Shown here: in pieces, positions 26,016 through 35,296 of the stretch
Numbering within the stretch: the first letter of the stretch is position 1
Layout: each line of letters starts with the position of its first letter
Source: a virus
Taxonomy: Duplodnaviria; Caudoviricetes
Virus record (IMG/VR): IMGVR_UViG_3300050132_000511
Location: 1-52,488 of that record
Reading direction: 5' to 3' (one strand)
DNA length: 52,488 nucleotides
Notes under the pieces: generated by a model
Seen by the model: only the letters and a program-made list of their open reading frames with translations
Told to the model about the DNA's origin: nothing
Databases searched by the model: none
Program-made: the position numbers and the translations under genes

Positions 26016-29000
26016 TGGCAATCCTTCCCGGCGAACAGGATCTGGGCCGCACCCCCGCGGTGTCCGGCGATCGCGCCATCGGCGCGGCCGATGCTTCGGG
26101 CGCGGCCGTCGGCGCCGCGGCGATCGCGCAGGGCGCGACCAATCTCGGCAAAGGCATTTCCGAACTCGGCACAGATATCGGCGCGGTCGCGGGAGCCCAG
26201 TCGAGGTTCGAGCTGGCGCGCTGGAATTCGGATTATTTGACTAAGGAAACCCAGCTTCGCACCTCGCTGGCTCAGGATACCGATTACACCACACTGCCGA
26301 CGCGCTACCAGGAGCAGGCGACCAAGCTGCGGGATGCAGCCGCCGCCAATATCAGCACTCCCAGCGCGCGGCAGACCTTCCTGCAGAGCACCAACGTTTC
26401 GATCGCCCAGGGCGTCGAAGGCATGACAAGCCGGGCCCAGAAGATGGCGTCCGATGCTAACGGCGCCTGGACTTCGCAGACCAACAATACCCTCATCGAC
26501 CAGGCCACCGCGATCGACGATCCTGTCGAACGCGCCAAGTATATCGACGCCGGCATTGCCAACATCGATGCGCGCGTCGCGAAGGGTGAGATCGGCCCGA
26601 CCGAGGCGCTGGCTGCGAAGCAGGCCTTCGCGCATCAATACGTAGTAGCCAACGCTATCACCACTCAGGATCCGCAAGGGGCCCTGAACGAAGTGCGGGC
26701 CGCGCCGGGATCCGGTGACGCCGTCACCAACCGCATCCTGCAGATCGAAGGCACCGGCCAGAATGGCAAGTCGAGCGCTACCGGGACCGGCCAGTTCGTC
26801 GACGGCACCTGGCTCGACGAGATCAAGCGCAACCGGCCGGACCTCGCCGACGGCCGCACCGACGACGAATTGCTCGCGCTGCGCAACGATCCCACGCTGG
26901 CGCGGCAGATGACCGACACCTATCGCCAGGAGAACGTGGCCTCGCTGACCAAGCAGGGCATCCAGGCCACCGCAGGCAATCAATATCTGGCGCACTTCCT
27001 CGGGCCCGGTGGCGCGGCCGCGATGATCAAGGCCGACCCGACCATGCCGGCGATCGACGCCTTGACCGCTGCGCTCGGCGAGAAGAAGGCGCAGGCGATG
27101 GTCGACGCCAATCCGACCGTCCTCAACTCGCTGGCCGGCCACGTGGTCCAATGGGCTGACGGCAGGATGGGGGGCGCCGGCGCGCATGATTCGATTTACA
27201 GCAACTTGCCGCCAGGCTTGCGAGGTCAGGTCGCGCAGATGCTGCAAGAAAGGATCGACAAGCAGACCGCGACCGATACGTCGACATTCCAGACCAAGGT
27301 AGAGGACACGCTCGCCGAAGCCGGCCGCAACGGATCCGCGCAGCAGCCGGTCTCGCAGGCCGAATTCATCAAGGTGCTCGGCGGCACGAAGGGTCTGGAC
27401 GCCTATTCCGACTACACGCTCGACATGAAGCTGCGCAGCGATGTTAGCCAGGTCGCGCGGCTGACCCCGCAGCAGCAGAACGACCTCGTTAAGAGCTACG
27501 ATCCGAAGCCGGGCGAGGAGGGCTTCTCCGATCAGAACAAGCGCCAGGCGCAGCTGCAGGTCGCGATCCAGAAGGTACGCAAGGAACGCGACGACGATCC
27601 GGCGCAGTTCGCGATATCGCGCATTCCGAGCGTTAAGGATGCCTATGGCGCCTTCAGCAAGGTGCAGGCCGACCCGACCGCGCCGGCGGATGCCAAGCAG
27701 GCCGCCGCCCGCGACTTCGTCAACAAGACGGTTTCCGAGCAGCAGAAGGCCGGCGTCGCGCCCGACGCCGTCAAGATCCTGCCCGACGCCATGGCCAGCA
27801 AGTTCAACGATGCGGTCACCCATGCCGCCAGCTCGGACGATCCGAACGCGCGTACCGGCTTGATCAAGCTGGTGCAGGACCAGGCCGCGCTCTACGGCGA
27901 CAACTGGCCGCTGGTTTATCGCCAGCTCGCGCCCAAGGCGATCCCGGTGGTGCGCGCGATCGCCGCTGGCGCCGATACCACGGCGATGACGCGGCTGCTC
28001 AATCTCGGACCCGAAGAAAATCCGGCCGCGCTGCTCAAGGAGCAGAGCGAGACCAAGGCGAAAGACGTCCAGACCAATCTCAACACCGCGATGGCGCCGC
28101 TGCTGCAGAGCATGGTCGGCCGCCAGAAGGACCGCGACTTCGGCGATTATTACACCATGGCCAACAAGCTCGCTGCGCTATACGTGCGTGACGGCCTGCA
28201 GGCGCCGGAGGCCGCCACCAAGGCCTTCAACGACCTGATCGGCAACCGCTACGATTTCCGCGATACCTACCGGATCCCGAAATCGCCGGCCTATTCGGCC
28301 GACGACGTCCAGGCCGGCGCACTGGTGGCGAAAAGCCAGCTCGCCGCGACGATGGGTCCGGATGATTATCTTGCCAGGAACCGGCCGTTTCTAAAGCCTG
28401 GCGACCAGCAGTTCTCGACGCCGCTCGAGGCGTCGAATGAAAAATCGTTTCGCGACTGGGTCTCGAACAACAAGGTGCCCTTCGATCCGAACTCGCGGAC
28501 CGCCGACTACGATATGCGCGGGTTTTGGAAGACGGCGCAAAATCCCGAGGCGTGGAAACAGCTGCAGGCCTCTGGCAAAATTCCGACAGATATGGAGCCA
28601 CTCGGGACCCGCGTTGATCCGAACGACGGCAAACCGCACTTTCCCGACTACTGGAAGACGCCGTACCACCAGACATTCTCGAACGAGAGCCAGTGGGCGA
28701 ACGAGAGCGCACCGCATTGGACCGATGACGACAAATTGGTCTCGCCGGCCGGCAAGGTACTCTTCGACGACCGGGCCCCGAAGGCGTCAGCGCTTTTGGT
28801 CAAGCCCGCGATCGACGACATTGGAGGCCTTTCCGATGCCCGCGGCGATAGCGTGTCGAAGTTCAAGCGTGACGGCGTCTGGGTGACGTCTCCTCGCAAT
28901 GACGGGCTCAACCTGATGTACGGCGACAAGGCCGTGCGCGGCCAGGATGGCGCGCCAATGTTCGTGCCCTGGGGCCAGCTTGCCAGACTGGGCGGCTCTC

Positions 29001-29059
29001 CGGAGGCGCGCGCTGACGCGATGAAGCGCGCCACCCAGTTCTCGGAACAGACGCCGTGA
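26015..29059 (+). CDS. Internal virion protein with lytic-transglycosylase-like domain
   Basis: ILQIEG...SSATGTGQFVDGTW...YLAHFLGPGGA. Confidence 0.8.
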   Translation: MAILPGEQDLGRTPAVSGDRAIGAADASGAAVGAAAIAQGATNLGKGISELGTDIGAVAGAQSRFELARWNSDYLTKETQLRTSLAQDTDYTTLPTRYQEQATKLRDAAAANISTPSARQTFLQSTNVSIAQGVEGMTSRAQKMASDANGAWTSQTNNTLIDQATAIDDPVERAKYIDAGIANIDARVAKGEIGPTEALAAKQAFAHQYVVANAITTQDPQGALNEVRAAPGSGDAVTNRILQIEGTGQNGKSSATGTGQFVDGTWLDEIKRNRPDLADGRTDDELLALRNDPTLARQMTDTYRQENVASLTKQGIQATAGNQYLAHFLGPGGAAAMIKADPTMPAIDALTAALGEKKAQAMVDANPTVLNSLAGHVVQWADGRMGGAGAHDSIYSNLPPGLRGQVAQMLQERIDKQTATDTSTFQTKVEDTLAEAGRNGSAQQPVSQAEFIKVLGGTKGLDAYSDYTLDMKLRSDVSQVARLTPQQQNDLVKSYDPKPGEEGFSDQNKRQAQLQVAIQKVRKERDDDPAQFAISRIPSVKDAYGAFSKVQADPTAPADAKQAAARDFVNKTVSEQQKAGVAPDAVKILPDAMASKFNDAVTHAASSDDPNARTGLIKLVQDQAALYGDNWPLVYRQLAPKAIPVVRAIAAGADTTAMTRLLNLGPEENPAALLKEQSETKAKDVQTNLNTAMAPLLQSMVGRQKDRDFGDYYTMANKLAALYVRDGLQAPEAATKAFNDLIGNRYDFRDTYRIPKSPAYSADDVQAGALVAKSQLAATMGPDDYLARNRPFLKPGDQQFSTPLEASNEKSFRDWVSNNKVPFDPNSRTADYDMRGFWKTAQNPEAWKQLQASGKIPTDMEPLGTRVDPNDGKPHFPDYWKTPYHQTFSNESQWANESAPHWTDDDKLVSPAGKVLFDDRAPKASALLVKPAIDDIGGLSDARGDSVSKFKRDGVWVTSPRNDGLNLMYGDKAVRGQDGAPMFVPWGQLARLGGSPEARADAMKRATQFSEQTP

Positions 29060-32000
29060 CCGATTACTTTTCGACGCCCGACGATCTCGGCGAGATCCGG
29101 CAATCCGACCTGCAGTCGTCGCTGGGCGAGAGCCTGGGTGCGCAGGCGGCCGACGCGCTGGACCCGAAGGATTCGCCCTCCGCCATGTGGCTGCTACGCC
29201 GGGCGCGCGAGGCGAGTGCCGGCGGTACCGACCTTGCTGTCGGCGCCGGCGGCGACGTCGACGCGTATTCCGGGCAGTCGCTGGAGGAGCGCCAGGCGGT
29301 GGTCGACGCTCAGCGCGCGGCGATCCCCGACACCTCGATCGACGACGCCAAGGCGCGGATCAAGCAGGAAGGCCTCGAGGGCCAGCTCAAGCTGCCCGAC
29401 CAGCCCAGCGTCAAGTCTCCCGTGCTGGATCTGATGATTGCCGAGGCCCATGAGCGCCGCGACCGCGAGGTGGCGATCGCCAAGGGGCCGCAGGGCTTTA
29501 TGCCCGGCGCGCTGGGCCTGATCACGTCGCTGGGCGCGGGGATGATCGACCCGGTCAACATGGCGGCTTTTTCCATTCCCGTGCTGGGCGAGGCCCGCAT
29601 GGGCAAGCTGATGGCGTCTGCCGGCGACAGCATCCTCAACCGCACCGGCGTCCGTATGTTACAGGGCGGCCTGCAGGGCGCCGTGGGCACGGCGGTGCTG
29701 CAGCCAGCCGACTGGTGGCTGCATACCCAGGACGGTCAGGATTACACGTTTGCCGACGCGCTCAAGAGCGTGGTGATGGGCGCCGGCATGGGCGCGGGGT
29801 TTCACGCCGCCGGCGGCCTGGTCGGCGATATCGCCTCCAAACGCCGCGGCGTACCGCTGGCGGGCTCGCCCGAGGATCTCCTGGTCAAGGGCCTGATGAC
29901 CGGCCGGCACGTGCCGGGCGACGCGCTGGCCGAGGAGGGTGTGACACCCGACCAGCTCGGCGCGGCCTTCGCGCCGCCGCAGGCCGAAGCCCCGCCAATC
30001 CAGCCCGAACCGCAGCCGCAGGCGTTCGAGCATCCGGCCCAGGTGATGGCGGATCTGCCGCCGGCAGCGCAGGAAGACGTCGTCAGGGCCTCCATCGCCG
30101 ACATTGCCGCCGATCGGCCGGTGCGCGCGGCCGAGATGCTGCAGATCGCCGCCGATCACAGCCCGCGCATCGCGGAGTCATTCGAGGCCTGGCACGGCTC
30201 GCCGCATGACATAGACCGGTTCGACAGTTCCAGGATCGGCACAGGCGAAGGCGCGCAAACCTACGGCCACGGACTTTACTTCGCCGAGAATGAGAAGGTC
30301 GCGACGCAATACGCCCGGAGCACGTCGGGCCGCGACTTCATCCGCAAGGCGCAGGAGCTCTACGACGAGCACGACAGTCCGGGCGATGCGCATGCCGCCA
30401 TCGTCGAAAGCAAGGACGTCACGCCCGGTCAAAAGCGGCTTTTGCTCGCGCTAGAAAAAGATGACTGGCTGGGCTTTGACTATCCGCACCAGGCAGTATC
30501 TGCCGCGTTGAGCGATCCCAATGGCAAGAACTGGGAGATGTCGCCGGAGACGCTGGACGCGATCAAGCACGTCGGCAACATGTACCGCGTTCGCATCAAC
30601 GCTCACCCCGATCACTTTCTCGATTGGGACAAGCCGCTAGGCAAACACCCGGAGCCGGTTCGTTCCAAGCTTCGCGCGGCCGGCTTCGACGATTCGCAGA
30701 CCGGCAAGGACATCTACCACTCCCTGGTGAAGTACCGGCCGGAGCAGGGCGGCGGCACGACGTCGGCTGGAATGAAGATATCCGACCTGGATGCGACGCC
30801 GGAGGCAGCGTCGGGCCGACTGAGGGCGACCGGCATCCATGGCATCAAATATCTCGACCAGGGATCGCGGGCCGGCATTCCAGATTTGGACACGATGCTT
30901 GCCGTGGCCAAAGCGCAGGATGAACTGGCAACAACGGCTGATCCCGTGCGCAGGAAAGAGCTTCACGCCGAGCTCGCCGCGCATGACGCGAAGCTACAGC
31001 CGACCCGCAACTTCGTCGTGTTCGACGACAAGCATATCGAGATCCTCGATCGCAACGGCGAGCCGGTGGCCAAGCCGTTCACCGAGGCGCTGCCGGGCAA
31101 TCCCAAGATCACGCTCGGCGCCGATCCGGACCTTGTCACCGCGCCGAAGCCGCGCGGCCGCGCCGCTGCCCATCCCGACACGCTTTCGCTCAATGAGCAC
31201 CTGGCCTCGCAAGGTGGCCTCCGTCCGGATCCCGAGCTCGAGGCGATCTATGGCAACAAGCGCGGGCCGTTCGTGCCGGGCTTCGGCCCGCTGATCCGCA
31301 AATCGGGCATGTCGCTCGACGACGCGCTCTCGTCCGCCAAGCAGCACGGCTACATGCAGGATCCCCACGATGTGGAGAACGGCACCGCCGGTGCCGGCGG
31401 CCGCACCAGCCACGGCCTGACGCCGAACGACCTCCTGGATCACCTCGACGCCGAGAACCGCGGCCAGAAGCTCTACAAGCCCGGCCATGTCGAGAAGACC
31501 AAATACGATCCCGACCAGGAAAAGCACGTCATCATGGGCGCGCTCGAGACCGAGTTGGAGAAGTCCGGCGCCGACGTGTCCGCGATCGATCCGAAGCTGC
31601 TCGATCGCACCGTGGAAATCGTCCACCGCGAAGGCGTGACGGACGTGCTCGACGCCTATGAACGTGCTATCATGGAGGACGAGGAGCGCTACAATGCCAT
31701 TGCCGATGCCCGACAATCCGATCCCGTCGCAGCCGACATCCCAGGCTTCGAGCGAAGCGATGACGCCGGAGCAGCACCTGGCGATGGTGGACGTGATCAG
31801 GGCGGCGATCGGCAAACCGGACGGCCCGACCAAAGCGGAGGGCGAGCGGATGATTCGCAACCATCAAGTCATGGCGCGCGCGCGGCAGCAGCAGCTGCAG
31901 ACCCCAGATGGCGCGAGCTCGCCGACGTAAAGCCGGCCGAGGACGCCCCTGACGTCATAGCCGAGTCCCGTGAAGCCGATCGCCTGGCCGAACCGGATTC

Positions 32001-32202
32001 GCTGGTTCCCGAAAAATCCCTGACCGCGCTGGAAAAGCAGGCCGCCGACGCCGAGGCGATCTGGCGCAAGCTCGAGCCAACGCTGACGGAGCAAGAGCGT
32101 ACCATGGTCAACGATGTGCTCGACCAGCTCAAGCTCGACAAGGAAGCCCGCGAAAAGGTCATCACCGATGGTGCAGCCTGTCTCGCGGCGGCGTTCGCAT
32201 AA
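29056..32202 (+). CDS. Large internal virion protein with ADP-ribosyltransferase-like (ART-PolyVal-type) domain
   Basis: AWHGSPH..DRFD..IGTGEGAQTYGHGLYFAE...GIKYLD...NFVVFD. Confidence 0.72.
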   Translation: MTDYFSTPDDLGEIRQSDLQSSLGESLGAQAADALDPKDSPSAMWLLRRAREASAGGTDLAVGAGGDVDAYSGQSLEERQAVVDAQRAAIPDTSIDDAKARIKQEGLEGQLKLPDQPSVKSPVLDLMIAEAHERRDREVAIAKGPQGFMPGALGLITSLGAGMIDPVNMAAFSIPVLGEARMGKLMASAGDSILNRTGVRMLQGGLQGAVGTAVLQPADWWLHTQDGQDYTFADALKSVVMGAGMGAGFHAAGGLVGDIASKRRGVPLAGSPEDLLVKGLMTGRHVPGDALAEEGVTPDQLGAAFAPPQAEAPPIQPEPQPQAFEHPAQVMADLPPAAQEDVVRASIADIAADRPVRAAEMLQIAADHSPRIAESFEAWHGSPHDIDRFDSSRIGTGEGAQTYGHGLYFAENEKVATQYARSTSGRDFIRKAQELYDEHDSPGDAHAAIVESKDVTPGQKRLLLALEKDDWLGFDYPHQAVSAALSDPNGKNWEMSPETLDAIKHVGNMYRVRINAHPDHFLDWDKPLGKHPEPVRSKLRAAGFDDSQTGKDIYHSLVKYRPEQGGGTTSAGMKISDLDATPEAASGRLRATGIHGIKYLDQGSRAGIPDLDTMLAVAKAQDELATTADPVRRKELHAELAAHDAKLQPTRNFVVFDDKHIEILDRNGEPVAKPFTEALPGNPKITLGADPDLVTAPKPRGRAAAHPDTLSLNEHLASQGGLRPDPELEAIYGNKRGPFVPGFGPLIRKSGMSLDDALSSAKQHGYMQDPHDVENGTAGAGGRTSHGLTPNDLLDHLDAENRGQKLYKPGHVEKTKYDPDQEKHVIMGALETELEKSGADVSAIDPKLLDRTVEIVHREGVTDVLDAYERAIMEDEERYNAIADARQSDPVAADIPGFERSDDAGAAPGDGGRDQGGDRQTGRPDQSGGRADDSQPSSHGARAAAAAADPRWRELADVKPAEDAPDVIAESREADRLAEPDSLVPEKSLTALEKQAADAEAIWRKLEPTLTEQERTMVNDVLDQLKLDKEAREKVITDGAACLAAAFA

Positions 32203-34973
32203 TGGCCCGATCTCGCAAGGACTGTTTCGACGAGATCGCCGGCAAGACCGGCAAGTCGCGCGCTGAGGTCCAGGACGCGCTCGACGAGATCCTCAACCGC
32301 GCCGACGGCTACGAGAACGACGGGATGGACCGCGACGCGGCCTACGACCGGGCGCGCGACGAATTCCTCAAGGAGGCGGCCGACAACTACGCGCTGCAGC
32401 GCCGCGGCGCCATCCTCGACATGCGCAAGGAAATCGCGCGGCACCGTTTTTATGGCGCTGCGGCCGAGTCGATCAAGTCGCTGGTGCCGAAGTTCGCGGT
32501 CAAGGCCGTGCGCCTGGCGTTCGAGGCCAAGCTGGTAGGCTCCAATCTGCCGTTCGCCCGCGGCCGGCTGTCGGTCGACGCGCAATATGTGGCGCTGAGG
32601 CGCAAGATCGTCGGCGGCTTTTCCGATGATTTGCGCCGCGGCGGCCTGCTGAAGATCTTCGCCAGCCGCGCGCTCGAGGACAAGTGGACCGACGAGCTGT
32701 TCGAGATCAACCGCGGCCGCGACGGCAATCCGGGCATCACCAAGGATGCCCAGGCGCTGGCGATCGCCAAGGTCGTGCACAAGTGGCAGAAGGTCTCGAT
32801 CGACACCCTCAACCGCGAGGGCGCGTGGATCCGCAGCTATTCCGGCTACATCACCCGCACCTCGCACGATGCCGACAAGATCCGCGCCGCCGGCGCCGAG
32901 AAGTGGATCAACGAGACGCTGCCGCGGCTCGACCTGAAACGCACCTTCGGAACTGCCGATCGCCAGGCGGTGCGGGACGCGCTGTTCGATATGTGGACGC
33001 CGATGATGTCCGGCGTGCATTACGATTACGGCCGCCCGATCGACGAGCCGATGTATCCGAACGTCGCCAAGCGCGCCTCCGCGACCCGCGAGCTGCACTT
33101 CAAGGATGGCCCAGGCTGGCGGGCCTACAACAAGGATTACGGCAACGCCACCGCGACCTATACGGTGGTGCAGGGGCTTTCGACGGCGGCGCGCCGCGCC
33201 GCGCTGATGAAGGAATTCGGCACGCGGCCGCGCGAGGCCTACGAGCGCGACAAGGCCTTCGTGCTGGCGACCCTGCAGAATGAAAGCAAGGCCCTATCGT
33301 CGAAGTTCAACGCGCTAGACCAGGCCTTGAATTCGCCCGGCGCCGACGCCGCGGCAAAAGAGAAGATCACGGCGCAGATGGACGGGCTGCGGGCCAAGAC
33401 AGCCGCTTCCTCCGGCGAGCTCGAGGACTTCGAGAACGGCCAGCTCTGGCTCGACAACCGTTTCGCCCAGATCGACGGCTCCAGCCAGAAGCCGGTCAAC
33501 CGCGCCCGGGCCAATACCGTCGCCAACATCATGGCGGTGCAGCGGCTCTCGAAGCTCGGCAACATCTTCGCCACGCACTTTGCATCATTGCCGACCAAGG
33601 CCGCGGAGGCGCGCTATTGGGGTATTCCGTTCGCACAGCGTTACGCCTCGTTGTTTGAGGGCTTCACGCAAGGCGCGGAGGGTTCGGAGAAACGCGCAGC
33701 GCTCGAGGCCACGCTGGTGGCAGCCGAACACGACATCGGCCAGCAGATGAGCGCCTATGACGTCGCCGACGCGCCGGCGGGTTGGCTCGGCCAGGCCGAA
33801 TCGACCTTCTTCAATCTGACCGGCGTTAACGCCGTGATCGACAACCAGCGCGGCGGTGCGGAAGCGATGTTCGCCTCGCATCTCGGATCCAAGCGCGGCA
33901 TGGCCTGGGCTGATATCGGACGCAAGGAGCAGCGCGTCATGCGCGGCTTCGGCATCGGCGAGGCCGAATGGAAGGCGCTGCATGGCGTCGAATGGACCAA
34001 GATCGGCGACCGCACCTTCCTTTTTCCGTCCGACGCGCTGAAGCTCAGCGACAACCAGGTCAAGGCCTATATCGACGAGGCACGGCCGCCGGGCAGCGGC
34101 GACACCCGATTCATGGGCCATGGCGAGGCCGATATTGCAAAAGCCCGCGAGGATCTCGGGCTGCAGCTGGCGTCGACCTATACCGACCGCGCCGGCTACG
34201 CCATTCCGATGCCGTCGGCCCGGATCCGCGCCATCCTGTTCGGCAAGAACTTCGAGCCCGGCTCGGCGCTCAACATCGCGCTGAAGCTTTTCTACCAGTT
34301 CAAGATCTGGCCGGCCGACATGATCACCCGCGCCTGGGGCCGCGAGGTCTACGGCACGATCGGCGACGGCCGGATGGACCGCTGGGGCGGCCGCGCCGAG
34401 ACCGCGGCCGCGGCGATTCTCTTTGGTGTGTTCGCCGAAGGCGTGCGCGATCTGATCAAGGGCAATAATCCGATCCCGAAACTGGCGCAGCATCCCTTTG
34501 CCGCGATCGCCGCCGGCGCGCAGCGCTCCGGCATGGGCTCGATCGTCGGCGATTTCCTCCTGGGCCAGTTCGATCGCCACGGCCTGTCGGCCGCGGCCAA
34601 CACGCTGGGTCCCACATTCGGCCAGATCGACGATCTAGCCGAGCTGATCCACGCCGGCGGCCGCACCAAGGACGGCATGTTCTCGGGCGCCGCGATGCGC
34701 GAGCGGGGCGCGACCGCGCTCAAGATGGTCAAGAGCAACACGCCCTTCATGAACCTCTGGTTCACACATCACGCCACCGACGTGCTGATCTGGCATCGCC
34801 TGCAAGAGGCGATCTCGCCCGGCTACCTGCAGCGCACCGAGCAGCGCCAGAAAGACCTTGAAGGCACCTCGTTCGTGATCGCGCCGTCGAAGGCGGATCA
34901 GTTCGTCACCGGCAAGCGCCCGATGTTCTCTCCGACCAGCCGAGCGCCGCTGGGCTGGAACCTCGGCAACTAA
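32202..34973 (+). CDS. Large internal virion/ejection protein
   Basis: 923 aa; RELHFKDG, FYQFK, TPFMNLW, SPGYLQR motifs of BPP-1-type ejection proteins. Confidence 0.75.
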   Translation: MARSRKDCFDEIAGKTGKSRAEVQDALDEILNRADGYENDGMDRDAAYDRARDEFLKEAADNYALQRRGAILDMRKEIARHRFYGAAAESIKSLVPKFAVKAVRLAFEAKLVGSNLPFARGRLSVDAQYVALRRKIVGGFSDDLRRGGLLKIFASRALEDKWTDELFEINRGRDGNPGITKDAQALAIAKVVHKWQKVSIDTLNREGAWIRSYSGYITRTSHDADKIRAAGAEKWINETLPRLDLKRTFGTADRQAVRDALFDMWTPMMSGVHYDYGRPIDEPMYPNVAKRASATRELHFKDGPGWRAYNKDYGNATATYTVVQGLSTAARRAALMKEFGTRPREAYERDKAFVLATLQNESKALSSKFNALDQALNSPGADAAAKEKITAQMDGLRAKTAASSGELEDFENGQLWLDNRFAQIDGSSQKPVNRARANTVANIMAVQRLSKLGNIFATHFASLPTKAAEARYWGIPFAQRYASLFEGFTQGAEGSEKRAALEATLVAAEHDIGQQMSAYDVADAPAGWLGQAESTFFNLTGVNAVIDNQRGGAEAMFASHLGSKRGMAWADIGRKEQRVMRGFGIGEAEWKALHGVEWTKIGDRTFLFPSDALKLSDNQVKAYIDEARPPGSGDTRFMGHGEADIAKAREDLGLQLASTYTDRAGYAIPMPSARIRAILFGKNFEPGSALNIALKLFYQFKIWPADMITRAWGREVYGTIGDGRMDRWGGRAETAAAAILFGVFAEGVRDLIKGNNPIPKLAQHPFAAIAAGAQRSGMGSIVGDFLLGQFDRHGLSAAANTLGPTFGQIDDLAELIHAGGRTKDGMFSGAAMRERGATALKMVKSNTPFMNLWFTHHATDVLIWHRLQEAISPGYLQRTEQRQKDLEGTSFVIAPSKADQFVTGKRPMFSPTSRAPLGWNLGN

Positions 34974-34998
34974 CACAGCTCACTCCCAGGAGAGACCC

Positions 34999-35292
34999 AT
35001 GACCGATCAAGCAACCGCCGCGCCGGCGGCCGAAACCGCTGCGCCGGATGCCGCGGCTCTGGCAGCTGCCGAGGCAGCACAGGCGAAGACCGCACATGAC
35101 GCCGCCGTGGCCGATCTCACTGCCGCGCATGGCAGCGTCGGTGCCAAGCTCGGCGCGCTGCAGGCGGCCCTGGCCGATTCGCTGGCCAAGGCCAAGGAAG
35201 AGCCGGGACATGTGTCCTACACCGCCTCGTTCCTGCGCGACGTCGACCTGAAGGCCGACGAGATCATCGCCTGGATCAAGCGGCACGTCTGA
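34999..35292 (+). CDS. Hypothetical Ala-rich protein
   Basis: AGGAG RBS. Confidence 0.65.
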   Translation: MTDQATAAPAAETAAPDAAALAAAEAAQAKTAHDAAVADLTAAHGSVGAKLGALQAALADSLAKAKEEPGHVSYTASFLRDVDLKADEIIAWIKRHV

Positions 35293-35296
35293 AGCC

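Noticed and set aside
26006-27823. 605-aa minus-strand ORF, and similar ones such as 38266..40107, 31869..33098 and 4754..6046
   Set aside because: Antisense shadows of well-supported genes, expected in high-GC DNA; no motifs
33914-33927. Third lox-like arm ATATCGGACGCAAG
   Set aside because: Half site only, inside a structural gene, with no partner arm
15795-34973. Lytic T7-like (Autographiviridae) assignment
   Set aside because: No phage RNA or DNA polymerase; integrase and repressor are present
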